From Pelagomonas calceolata (lineage: Eukaryota), in assembly GCA_918797485.1 (NCBI GenBank), contig CAKKNE010000004.1, forward strand, positions 2,294,001-2,358,000: 64,000 nucleotides of DNA, read 5' to 3'. The position numbers were made by a program, and so were the translations under genes. Shown here piece after piece: positions 19,077 to 28,959 of this stretch. Position 1 is the stretch's first letter. Every line of letters begins with the position of its first letter. The notes below the pieces were generated by a model. The model worked only from the letters and a program-made list of their open reading frames with translations, was not told the origin of the DNA and ran no database searches.

Positions 19077-19784
19077 ATGCGTCTTCCGCTGATGCTGATG
19101 GCGTTGGCCGCGTCGGCGCTGCGGCCTTACCCGAACCCCAGGCCGCGCGCATCGTCGCGGCGCGCCGCGACGTCATCGCTGGGCTACGACCTCTCGCGCG
19201 CCGTCGAGGATGACCTCGGCGCGCTGCCGCCGCTCTCGCGCGACGTTCTTGCCGGCGGCACGGAGCCGGCGAACCAGGGCGAGACCGCGTGCGGCCTCTA
19301 CTTCGAGCAGCTGCGGCCAATTTTCCGCGAGAAACGACCGGCGATCTTCGCGACGGCGCTGGGAGGCCTGCCCGTGTTTTCATCTGAGGACGCATTGGAC
19401 CTGACCTCGGGCTGGCCCGCGTTCCGGCGACCGATCGCGCCGGACCACGTCGTATTAAAACCGGACGGCGACACAGCCTTCGAGTGCCTCTGCGCTCGGT
19501 CCGGAGCCCACCTCGGCCACCGCGTGTCGGAAGACTACTACTGCATCAACGCCGCGGCGCTGGTCGTGCTGCAGCCCGGCGATGCGTTGCCAATCGGCGC
19601 GGTGCCGGGCGCGCGCGTGGAGGAGTTGCCGCCGGTGCTGGCGGCGGTGCTGGGGGGTAGCGACGACCCGGCGGACTGCGGCGTCAAGGGCCACGCCGTG
19701 ATCGTCCACAAGGGCGGCAACCCGACCAGCGACGACCCGTCGGAGGCGCCCGGGGTGCGCGTCGGCTGCTGCGTCCTCGCGTGA
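19077..19784 (+). CDS. msrB: Signal-peptide-bearing MsrB/SelR-like methionine-R-sulfoxide reductase with a Cu/Zn-SOD-like C-terminal tail
   Basis: GTEP, SGWPAF, GAHLGH, YCINAAAL; N-terminal MRLPLMLMALAASA. Confidence 0.75.
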   Translation: MRLPLMLMALAASALRPYPNPRPRASSRRAATSSLGYDLSRAVEDDLGALPPLSRDVLAGGTEPANQGETACGLYFEQLRPIFREKRPAIFATALGGLPVFSSEDALDLTSGWPAFRRPIAPDHVVLKPDGDTAFECLCARSGAHLGHRVSEDYYCINAAALVVLQPGDALPIGAVPGARVEELPPVLAAVLGGSDDPADCGVKGHAVIVHKGGNPTSDDPSEAPGVRVGCCVLA

Positions 19785-19876
19785 GGGGTCGCCTACCACA
19801 AGCCTGTCGCTCCTCCCCTGTATCCCTCCTTCCCGTCTGGGTAGAGTCGAGCCCTGATTGATCACATAGTCTGTTA

Positions 19877-20464
19877 CTACCAGAGGCTCCGCGACGACTG
19901 GGCGAGCCCCTGGGCGAGCGCGGGCGGGTCCGCCATGTGGCTGTTGTGGTGCCACTGCGTCGCGCCATCCAAGCCGCCGCGCAGCGGCGCGTAGCGCGTC
20001 TCAAGTTGCTTCTGGACGTGGGCCGTCTCGCGGCAGCAGCGGCGGCCCCTCCCCAACCACGCGCGCGCCGCCCGCGACTGGAGTAATTCCGGAGGCGGCG
20101 GCGTGATCGGGCGTACTGGCGAGAACCAGGGCCTCCCGTACTGTGAAGACGCCGTCGGTGCCGGGCCGAACTGGCGCGGCGCGACTATTCTCGTATGCCG
20201 CCCCATGCACTCCTTCATGAGTTTGTGCGACGTGAAGTCGTTGCCACGTACTGAAGGAGGCGGCGTTTGTGTCCGCGTGTGGTCTCGAAAAAGATGGGCG
20301 TACGTCGACGTGTGCAGCATGCGGCCGCGGTCGGCCGCGAGGCGCCGCCTCTGTCTCACGACGCCGTGGGCCGCGGCCTCGACGACGCGCGCCGCCTCCC
20401 GTAATTCGTGCTTGCGCGCGGCGCCGGAGTGCGTCGGGACGGGCACGTGGTAGGCGAGGTTCAT
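19877..20464 (-). CDS. Hypothetical protein
   Basis: 195-aa ATG-initiated ORF filling the gap; no recognised domain. Confidence 0.5.
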   Translation of the reverse strand: MNLAYHVPVPTHSGAARKHELREAARVVEAAAHGVVRQRRRLAADRGRMLHTSTYAHLFRDHTRTQTPPPSVRGNDFTSHKLMKECMGRHTRIVAPRQFGPAPTASSQYGRPWFSPVRPITPPPPELLQSRAARAWLGRGRRCCRETAHVQKQLETRYAPLRGGLDGATQWHHNSHMADPPALAQGLAQSSRSLW

Positions 20465-20544
20465 GCTTGTCGCGCGATGCCGGATTCCTCGCGGCTCGTC
20501 GATGGCGTGGGGCTGCCCGCTCTCGGTTTTGCCTCCTGAGCACC

Positions 20545-20596
20545 GGCGCTACGCGTCGAGGGCGCTACGCGTCGAGGGCGCTACGCGTCGAGGGCG
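20545..20596. repeat. 16-bp tandem repeat x3 (GGCGCTACGCGTCGAG)
   Basis: Three exact consecutive copies plus a partial fourth. Confidence 0.95.
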
Positions 20597-20931
20597 GCTC
20601 GGGGGCGCTCTGGCTGCTCTCCCGCGCGTTGCCGTCCGGACGGGGCCAGTTTGGGCTGCCTTTCAAGGACGCTCTCAGAGAGCGCTGTGGCACACCCCGC
20701 ACTGCATTCAAAGCGCCGCGGCGCCGCAGATGTATCGAAGCGTGGGGCTCCGCGCACTAGTCCTCGAGCACCGCAACAACAAATGCGACCGACGACAGCG
20801 TCGCAACACGGCCGCGGCTCCCGCGCGAGACGCGTAGACTCTCTGATGATCACGAAGAGGGCGACATGACGGACCCGTGCGCTAGCACACGGGCGGAGGA
20901 GAAGAAGACACGAAGTCCACAACACAACTGC

Positions 20932-22839
20932 TTACCCCTCGGAGCCCGACGAGCGCGCCCTGAGCAACGGGTCCGGCGACAACGGCTCGACTGGAGGGGG
21001 AGACACCTCGACGCCCTCCTCGACAGCTTCGGCCGGCGGCCGCCGCAACCTCCTCAATCTTTTAGGGAGCACTGAGCGAAAGTCCTTCACGAAGTCGTCG
21101 ATGGCCAAGTTATCGGCGACGGACGCGTGCAGATGGACGGGGACATAATCAGGCTGCCACTCGTCGGCGCCGAAGATGTGGGCATGTGCCAAAGCCGCCA
21201 GGAACATTTCCACACAAACGAGAAAATTCTGGAACGCGAGAGCTGCACTTCTATCAGACAAGTTCGTACTACTGCCAAGGACGTCGAACCTAACGGCTAA
21301 TTGGATGGCCACGCCCTGGAACCACGTCATGAACACCACGCCTTTCACCGCAAGGAACTTCGGCCACGGCCGATAAGCTCTTAACCTCGGACTGAGATGG
21401 GTGGCGTGGAAGAATTTTAGTAGAGCGGTCAACGCTACTGACACGGAGACATTCAGTAAAACTAAAATCCAGAAGGACGCCGTTCGATAATCGATGAGTT
21501 CGGAGCCGTCATCTAGTAAATAGTCGAGCAGAGATAGGACAGGTTTTGCTACCACGAATTGGAGCGTGCCGAGCTTGCACTGTTCGAGGAACGTCCTACC
21601 GGGTACTCGTAATCGCCCACATAGAGAACAGGGAGCTTCCAAGGTAGCCGGTAACTCATCAAGAGCGGCAGCCTCGCCATGACCGTTCCCCAGCACCGCC
21701 ACTAAAAATGAAAAAAACATGTGGACGCAATAGGCCTCATAAACACTGCTGACGAGTAGTATTTTCGTAGCGGCATTAGGCAAGACAATCGCCATCCAAC
21801 TACACAGCGCGTAGATGGGAACCATCCAGAGGATAGCTAGTACTTTCCTTTGCGCGTCCGGCCGCGCCATCTGCGTCGCATGAGCATACACATGTCGTAA
21901 TGTGAGGATGGTGGCGAACAACGCGAAGAAACCCGAAATCCAGACCCTCAACAACGTGTTCTGGTGCATGAATCTAGAGTCATTTCTTTCTTCGTTTCTC
22001 TTCACCTCAGCCTCCGAAGCGGCCACGCGAGCTGTTATCGTCTGCGCCGCCGTCTCCAAGTCCTTGGTCGACTGGGCCAGTCGTATTTCGTGGCGTTTTT
22101 CCTCTTCGTTCAACTGATGAATGGCCTTGAGGGCCGTGCGGTTTATGGATTCGTACAGACCTTTTTCTAAACGTGATGCGAGCTTATCAGCTTTATCAGC
22201 GGCCGCTTGCAACCTTAGAGCCGCCTTGGCGGAGCTCTGGGAAGCGCTCTCAGACGCGTTCTGGGCCCTTTGGGCTTTGATCAGTGCGGAAGTGGCGGCG
22301 TCGGCGATTAACGCGATTGATGACTGCGTAGCTTGTTGTGAGGCGGCGAGCATCTCCCTCTGCGCGGTATCCAATGATAAATTGAACTGCTGTGCCCGCT
22401 GTATCCAATCAGTGTTATGCCGCTCAATTATCAGAGATGTTTTTTGTTCATCAGCAGCAGTCTGCCGATCGACGTCCGCGTGGACCGTTCTCACGAGTAA
22501 TTCGGCGGTCGCGTTCTGCCTAGCTTCGCTCGCCTTCGTAGTTTTGGCCACCACGTCGAGCGCGCGGCGCACCTCTTCTTGTAATGACTCGTCCGTCACG
22601 ACGATCGCGTGCTGCTCCCGATAGGCCTCAAATGCTTTCGTCGTCTCCTCCAACTTATGCTTCGTCCGGTCCAGTTCGCGCTGCGTCGCCGCGGCCCGCC
22701 GTTCGAGCGCGTCCAACCGAGATGAAGACGACCGCGCGCCGATCATGACGGCCAGCCCGATCAATACGGCGCCCGCGGCGGCGTAGAGGCCCATCCTTTT
22801 ACGCTCGCGCGGCGGCTCGCTTTGTACAGGCGCCATCAT
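20932..22839 (-). CDS. TMEM184/OST-alpha family protein with long coiled-coil N-terminal region
   Basis: ILWMVPIYA, YEAY, KLGTLQFVVAKP, PWPKFLAVKGVVFMTWFQG, QNFLVCVEM. Confidence 0.9.
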   Translation of the reverse strand: MMAPVQSEPPRERKRMGLYAAAGAVLIGLAVMIGARSSSSRLDALERRAAATQRELDRTKHKLEETTKAFEAYREQHAIVVTDESLQEEVRRALDVVAKTTKASEARQNATAELLVRTVHADVDRQTAADEQKTSLIIERHNTDWIQRAQQFNLSLDTAQREMLAASQQATQSSIALIADAATSALIKAQRAQNASESASQSSAKAALRLQAAADKADKLASRLEKGLYESINRTALKAIHQLNEEEKRHEIRLAQSTKDLETAAQTITARVAASEAEVKRNEERNDSRFMHQNTLLRVWISGFFALFATILTLRHVYAHATQMARPDAQRKVLAILWMVPIYALCSWMAIVLPNAATKILLVSSVYEAYCVHMFFSFLVAVLGNGHGEAAALDELPATLEAPCSLCGRLRVPGRTFLEQCKLGTLQFVVAKPVLSLLDYLLDDGSELIDYRTASFWILVLLNVSVSVALTALLKFFHATHLSPRLRAYRPWPKFLAVKGVVFMTWFQGVAIQLAVRFDVLGSSTNLSDRSAALAFQNFLVCVEMFLAALAHAHIFGADEWQPDYVPVHLHASVADNLAIDDFVKDFRSVLPKRLRRLRRPPAEAVEEGVEVSPPPVEPLSPDPLLRARSSGSEG

Positions 22840-23113
22840 CGGTGTCTTGGCGGACCGGCGGCGCGGCGACGCTTGGCCTTCCAAACGTTCGCGCCGCGCC
22901 GGGGCCTCGACGGCGGGCGGCGGCGGCGAGTACTTCGCCGTCTCGCACAGCGCACGTTGGGCTGTTAGCCTCTGTACGCGTTGACGGGGTCTCGCGCTGG
23001 CCCTAGGACACCTCAGTCGTGTAAGGCACCGACGCGTTGACAAATTACGTCACGCGCACGTGTTTTTAAGGCGCAATGAGGCCCTAAAGCGGCGGATGCG
23101 CAACGACCCGCAG

Positions 23114-23134
23114 CTAGCGGCCGTAACACACTAG
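23114..23134 (+). promoter_or_regulatory. CTAG-bracketed upstream motif copy
   Basis: CTAGCGGCCGTAACACACTAG followed by CAAG, between divergent genes. Confidence 0.7.
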
Positions 23135-23322
23135 CAAGCAAAAGCCCAGGACAAATTTCGCCAAATTGATCCAGTTTGGCGGCACACGAAGGCCAGCGAC
23201 AGCATCTATCGCTTCCCAACAAACTACGAGCGGCGCTGCGTCGGATTCTCGCATCGCGCAGCACCAAAGCACCAGCAAGCAGCCATCCAGCCGCCGCGCC
23301 GCCGCCGCGCTGCACGCCAGCG

Positions 23323-24378
23323 ATGCCTTTATACGGCGCCGTCGTCGTCGGCCCGCCCGGCGCGGGCAAGTCGACCTTCTGCGCGGGCCTGTGCCGCTAC
23401 TTGTCGTTAGCGGAGCGGCCCTGCGCGCTCGTCAACTTGGATCCCGCGTGTGAAGGCGAAGGATTAACGAAGTTCGCTATTGATGTAAGGGACTTCGTGA
23501 GTGTTGATGCTGTGATGAAAGACCAGAAGCTGGGCCCGAATGGTGCCTTGCGGTATTGTCTAGAACAGCTGTGGAAGAGCAATTGGTTGAAGGATCAAAT
23601 TACAAGTTTGGAGGAGGACGACTGCTTTCCTTATGTGGTGTTTGACTGTCCGGGGCAGACGGAACTCTACGTCCACGACCATTCACTAAGAGGCATCCTC
23701 GATGATGTCAGAAGAGAATTCGACGCGCGGTTCACGGCGGCCCACTTGGTGGACGTCGCCCAGTGCGCCGTGCCTACTTCTTATGTTGCTGCCTGTTTAC
23801 TCTCATTGACGGCGATGCTGCGGTTGGAACTACCGCATATCAATATCTTGACCAAGATGGACATGGCTAATAGATATGACCTGGCCATGCCCCTCGAATT
23901 TTTTAGAGAGGCCCAGGAGCTGCATCGCATCGCGCCGTTCTGCGGCGTGCAGCCTTGTAGCCTAGATGAGGATAATGTCGAAGAGGAACCGTCAGCTTAT
24001 GCTCGACAACTGCAAAAACTCTCAGGGAAGATCTGCGAGTTGGTCGATGACTTCTCGTTGGTGTGTTATGAACCTCTAGATGTGTCCGACGGGGAGTCCG
24101 TCGCGAAAGTGGTGCGATTACTAGATAAGTGCAACGGCCACCCGTGCGGCGTCCACGCGCCTCAATCACTTATAGAGGACGCTACCGAATTGTTCTTGTT
24201 ACATCGGGGCGGCACGGACGGTCCTTCAATAAGTGTGGACGGCGACAATAGGGGCGCGGCGGGGAGGGATCGGGAGCCTCGACGAGCGCCGCGGACAGTG
24301 CGGACTCATAACATCGGGGCGCCGCCGCCCGACGTCGGTCAGCGCGGGCCGGGGTCGTTCTCGTGGTACGCTTCGTAA
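23323..24378 (+). CDS. GPN2: GPN-loop GTPase 2
   Basis: GPPGAGKSTFC, NLDPA, LGPNGAL, FDCPGQTELY, LELPHINILTKMD. Confidence 0.9.
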   Translation: MPLYGAVVVGPPGAGKSTFCAGLCRYLSLAERPCALVNLDPACEGEGLTKFAIDVRDFVSVDAVMKDQKLGPNGALRYCLEQLWKSNWLKDQITSLEEDDCFPYVVFDCPGQTELYVHDHSLRGILDDVRREFDARFTAAHLVDVAQCAVPTSYVAACLLSLTAMLRLELPHINILTKMDMANRYDLAMPLEFFREAQELHRIAPFCGVQPCSLDEDNVEEEPSAYARQLQKLSGKICELVDDFSLVCYEPLDVSDGESVAKVVRLLDKCNGHPCGVHAPQSLIEDATELFLLHRGGTDGPSISVDGDNRGAAGRDREPRRAPRTVRTHNIGAPPPDVGQRGPGSFSWYAS

Positions 24379-24579
24379 TAGTCTCTGTGTTTTTCTTTTT
24401 TTTAGCGGTGGCCCGCGCGTACGTCGATCGGCTGGCGGGCGTGTGCGCCGACGAGATCGCCGGCAAGCGGTTCCGGAGGGTTCGCTCGACGACGCGGCCA
24501 GAGCGGAGATTACCGGTTGAACTTCACTATTCGGGGGTCAGTCGGAGAGGTCTGTTTTCAAAAGCCATCCGCCAAGGCC

Positions 24580-24634
24580 TGTATACATGTATACTATATA
24601 TATTTATATATACATACATATATATATATATATA
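24580..24634. repeat. (TA)n-rich microsatellite
   Basis: tatacatgtatactatatatatttatatatacatacatatatatatatatatac. Confidence 0.95.
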
Positions 24635-24641
24635 CGGATTC

Positions 24642-24661
24642 CTAGTGTGTCGATACGCTAG
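24642..24661 (-). promoter_or_regulatory. Variant CTAG-bracketed motif (16 nt shared with 26265-26280)
   Basis: CTAGTGTGTCGATACGCTAG. Confidence 0.45.
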
Positions 24662-26258
24662 ATCACTAGGTCTTGCGGCTCGCCAAAATACACCAGCGAT
24701 TGACGCCGCCTTCTACCGTCCAAATGGTACATCATATCAACTCCAGCCCAGTTTTCATACACAATCGACGGAACCGGAGCCGACGGCCCGCGCTCGGAGG
24801 GCGGGAGAAGAATTCTACTAGACAACTCTCGCGTTTATGTTCGTTTCCTTCCGTTTGTTGATGGGAGAGTCCATTTAGGCCGGATGAACACGTACTCATC
24901 TACATTAGGGGCTCCGTTAGAGCCTCGCGATTCGTCATCTTCGCGACCACACGTTTGTACCAAAACGAGCTAGAATCCTGAATCTGCGAGTATCAGCGAC
25001 GACACCATCCAGATGGACCATAACGCCGTTGTTCTATTCACGATCGACCGACTTGCCCGTTCTCCGCGGACGACGGTGCGTACGCGGGGCACTGAATTGG
25101 CCCCAGACCGGTGAGTTGTGAAATAAATTCGCGTTTCAGGCGGTTCGGTTATGGGACGGGCCATCCTACCGGGATGAACATGTACTACATTGAATTATCT
25201 CTTCCGAAGGCTCCCGGCGGCTCGGCCACTGCGCGCCCCAAGATCTCGCTCAGATGGATTTTTTGCCTGGACCTACGACCATCAGCCCGTGTACCTTCAC
25301 CATGGACCATAACGCGATCATTTGTTTCATGATCGACGGACTTACGCGAGGTCCAGATAAAGATGTTCACGTCCCGAGCGCGGGCAGCCAAAAGTACCCT
25401 TCTTATAATGTAGATGGCATATACTTGTAATTGACTATCGGTGGGGTAGTATGGGACCCACCGAGACCGCTACGGCGACTACTGGGGGCCCTCGGGTAAT
25501 TGCGTATTTGACGGTGACGGGGTGCCATCGGGCCCAAATAATTTACTTTTTTCGGATGCAGATCGGCTCGCGGACTCTCTCTGGGATAGGTCTAGGGTCG
25601 GGTAGTCGCCTAGACCGCATGCGCCGGTTCTTGGGGCTCTCCGGAGAGCTCTGGATCCAAAACATTGGAGACTTGGGCTGGAGACAGATGTGTGGCTGAG
25701 GACCTGTACTGATATGTATCCACCGATGGAAGCGCCCGCGTACGCGGCGTAGGCGATTGCACGCGACTAACACCGACCCTAGGCGACCCCAGGGAGACCT
25801 GCTGGCCGCAAATCGACTGGATTCCATCGACGCGACGGTCATGGCGGGACCGTCAATATCGCGAATTAAAAAAATTAATTTTTTCGCCCCTCAGTAAGTG
25901 TCCCATTGACCTCTTTGGACCATGAGCGAACCGAACGATACTCATACGACTGCATGGCGCTTCGTTCGCCGAAGACAGGCCCGTGGCTCGCCGCCGCGCC
26001 GCCGCGCGACCGCGCGTTATAGGAGGGAGTGCAAGCCCCCGGAGCCCTGAGTTTTTTCAAAAACCCTTCCCGGTTTTCAAAAGCTTTTCAATAGTTTACT
26101 ATGCCAGAATAGTCAAATCTCCCTTAATCTCCGCTCTGGCCGCCGTGGGCGCGCCCGGCGTCGACAGCATCTACCGCCCCCCGCCGGCGAGCGCTCCGGG
26201 GAGAGCTCAGGCTCAGGCTAATTACGTCGCGGGGTCCCACGTACCCCTCCCGCTCGTA

Positions 26259-26280
26259 CTAGTATGTGTCGATACGCTAG
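26259..26280 (-). promoter_or_regulatory. Variant CTAG-bracketed motif upstream of PRIM1
   Basis: CTAGTATGTGTCGATACGCTAG. Confidence 0.5.
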
Positions 26281-26489
26281 GTTTAACTGGGATTAGTCGA
26301 GTTTGAAAAGCGGGACCGGTTCCGCTCGCCACTCTCGCCCGCGCTCGACGCAGCGAGCCTGCATTGTATAGCTGCGCAGCGCTCCGACGCCGCGCCGCGC
26401 ATCCGCGCCGCGAAACGCGCCCTACGCCCCGCATTCACAACTGTGCCGCGCTCAGCCCACAGACGCCGCAGCAGCGCGCAAAACCGAAA

Positions 26490-27921
26490 ATGTCCGCCAT
26501 GGACCTCGATCAACCGGGCGCCGGCTGGGCCTCGGGCCCCCAGTTCGACCCCGACTTATTACGATTGTACTACGCGCGCCTCTTCCCGTACGACCAGTGG
26601 TGTAAGTGGATGGCGTACAACAGCGACGAGCCGGGCACGGGCTCCCAACTAGCGCGAAGGGAGCTCTCGCTCACGTTGGCCGACGACGTCTACATCCGCT
26701 ACCAGTGCTTCACGAACGCGAAGGAAATGAAGACGTTGATGACGAAGCGCCAGCCGCACAAGATCGACATCGGCGCCGTGTTTAACTGCGTGCCCCGAGA
26801 TCATTTGAGCGTGAAGAACTTCCGGCCCGAATCGAGGGAGTTGGTCTTCGACATTGACCTGTCGGATTACGACGACGTGCGGACGTGCTGCCAGGTCGGC
26901 GACGCGGCGTGGAAAGGCGCTTCAATCTGGTGCTTACGCCGTCGACGCGCTTCGATTTTGAGCCGTTCCGGACCGCGGCGCGTCGGAGAGAGAGAAAGCG
27001 CGCGGTCGCGACGGCGTCCGTGCCACACAGGGCGCTACCGTATGTAAAAAATGCTGGCAGTACATGACCTGCGCCGTCAAGGTCTGCGAGAGTGCGTTGC
27101 GGGAGGATTTTGGATTTGAGCACATTGTGTGGATCTACTCGGGTCGCAGAGGTGTCCATTGCTGGGTCTGCGACGAGACGGCTCGCGAGTTGACGAACGA
27201 CGCTCGTCTAGCGATCATCAAGTACTTTTCTGTGGTCTCAGGAAATGAAAATCAAGCGAAGAAGACGCAGTTATCTTCCCCTTTGCACCCTTCCCTGGAA
27301 CGCGCCTACAGATTGCTTGAGCCGTTGTTCGTGGAGCACGTCATCGGTGAGAACGGTCAAGGTTTACTTGCTTCATCAGAGAGATGGGAGACGCTACTCA
27401 AGACTCTACCCGAAGAGATCGGCGGCCAAATCTCGAAGCATTGGGAAAAAAATGGAAATGACACCTCTCCGCTCGAGAAGTGGGAGGCCTTGAAAGGATT
27501 ATGCGTCTCGGAGAAACCTAATCAAGCGAAGAAGCAGAAGCGCACGTCTGTTCCCGAACTCTGGAAGTACGAGACCGTTTTTAGTCAGTGCTATCCCCGC
27601 TTAGACGAGAACGTGTCCAAACATAGAAACCACTTGCTGAAGAGCCCCTTCGCGGCGCACCCGAAGACCGGGCGGGTTTGTGTGCCCTTTGATGCTAAGA
27701 AGGTGTCTACGTTCGATCCTACGACTGTGGTCACACTAAGGCAGCTCGCTTATGAACTAGATCAGCACTCCGGCGATGACGTACTGGACCTGGACAAGAC
27801 GTCCCTGGCGCACTCGGTACGCTTCTTCGAGAAGGACTTCTTACATCCGATGATGAGGGCGTGGGGGCGCGCGCGGCGCGACGACGCCGAGTACGCGGCG
27901 GCGCTCAAGGGCGACTTCTAG
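26490..27921 (+). CDS. PRIM1: DNA primase small (catalytic) subunit, 2 exons (26490-26894, 27031-27921)
   Basis: YYARLFP, KIDIGAV, RELVFDID, SGRRGVHCWV, YPRLD, HLLKSPF.AHPKTGRVCVP. GT-AG intron 26895-27030 restores the Zn motif RTCCQ|GATVCKKCW. Confidence 0.97.
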
Positions 27922-28058
27922 GGGCTTGCTTATCCTTGGGTAAGGTGTCGTCTTAGTTATCTTGTCGTCTTCGCGCTCTTGCTTCACTTGCAGCAGGCTG
28001 GTGCCATTTGTTCTCCCAGCGCTCGCGCAAAACCACAACGATCTCCGCCTCCTCAACC

Positions 28059-28802
28059 ATGTCTCAGACGTCGACAATTGTCCATTCTGTCTCTTCGACA
28101 CAAAAGAGCGCCCCGGCGCCCGCCTCGACGGCGAAAAACCTCTCCCTAGCTCTAGCTGTGCTACTCAGCATCGCCGTCATCGGCGCGCCCAAGTCTCCCC
28201 AGGGGTGCCTGGCGCCGACGGCCGCGCCGACGCTGGCTCCGACGATCAGCGGCCTCCGCAAGCCCACCGCGGTGCCTACGAGCGACCGCGCGCCGACGGC
28301 CGTGCCGACTACTCAGGACCTCAAGACGCCCACGGCCGTGCCCACCGCGGAGCTCAAGCCTACGGCCGTGCCCACGACGGATCTCAAGCCCACGGGAGTC
28401 CCGACCTCGGAGCTCGCCCCGACGGCGGTGCCGACTATTGAGGCCAAGCCCACGGCGGTACCCACCGCGGAGTGCAAGCCCACGGCGGTGCCCACTACTA
28501 CGGAGCTCAAGCCCACGGGAGTCCCGACCTCGGGGCGCGCCCCGACGGCGGTGCCGACTATCGAGGCCAAGCCCACGGCGGTGCCCACCACGGAGTGCAA
28601 GCCCACCGGCGTGCCCACTACGGCCGTGCCCACTACTACGGAGCTCAAGCCCACGGGAGTCCCGACCTCGGAGCGCGTCCCGACGGCGGTGCCGACTACT
28701 GAGGCCAAGCCCACGGCGGTGCCCACCACGGAGCTCAAGCCCACGGGAGTCCCGACCTCGGAGCGCAAGCCGACGGCCGCGCCGACGACGCAGGAGCTGT
28801 AA
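28059..28802 (+). CDS. Membrane-anchored/secreted mucin-like PT-repeat protein
   Basis: Hydrophobic segment LSLALAVLLSIAVIG, then about 19 KPT(A/G)VPTxE repeats (30-33 nt units). Confidence 0.75.
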   Translation: MSQTSTIVHSVSSTQKSAPAPASTAKNLSLALAVLLSIAVIGAPKSPQGCLAPTAAPTLAPTISGLRKPTAVPTSDRAPTAVPTTQDLKTPTAVPTAELKPTAVPTTDLKPTGVPTSELAPTAVPTIEAKPTAVPTAECKPTAVPTTTELKPTGVPTSGRAPTAVPTIEAKPTAVPTTECKPTGVPTTAVPTTTELKPTGVPTSERVPTAVPTTEAKPTAVPTTELKPTGVPTSERKPTAAPTTQEL

Positions 28803-28938
28803 TAGGCTCCGCGCGCCGGCGAGTCGCGCGCCTCTCGCGCCTCGCGAAGAACCCCACGCCCTCCGCCTGGACGGAGTTCCCCGCTCATATGATGCTTCCC
28901 GCGTATAATTTCTCATAGATATTTCGGACTGCCTTGCG

Positions 28939-28959
28939 CTAGCGGCCGTAAGACACTAG
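28939..28959 (+). promoter_or_regulatory. CTAG-bracketed upstream motif copy (near consensus)
   Basis: CTAGCGGCCGTAAGACACTAG followed by CAAG. Confidence 0.75.

Larger units (their letters stand above)
24494..26143. mobile_element. Putative non-autonomous foldback/TIR element or structured non-coding island
   Basis: 19-bp perfect inverted repeat at 24494-24512 / 26125-26143; no credible ORF; lower GC; internal tandem duplication and long foldback. Confidence 0.5.

Noticed and set aside
24670..26100. Transposase or reverse-transcriptase remnants in the non-coding island
   Set aside because: The short ORFs listed show no DDE, RT, HUH or integrase motifs that I can recognise.
28215..28790. Regular 30-33 nt repeats as a possible CRISPR-like array
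   Set aside because: The repeats are in-frame coding PT repeats with no unique spacers; the context is eukaryotic and there are no cas genes.
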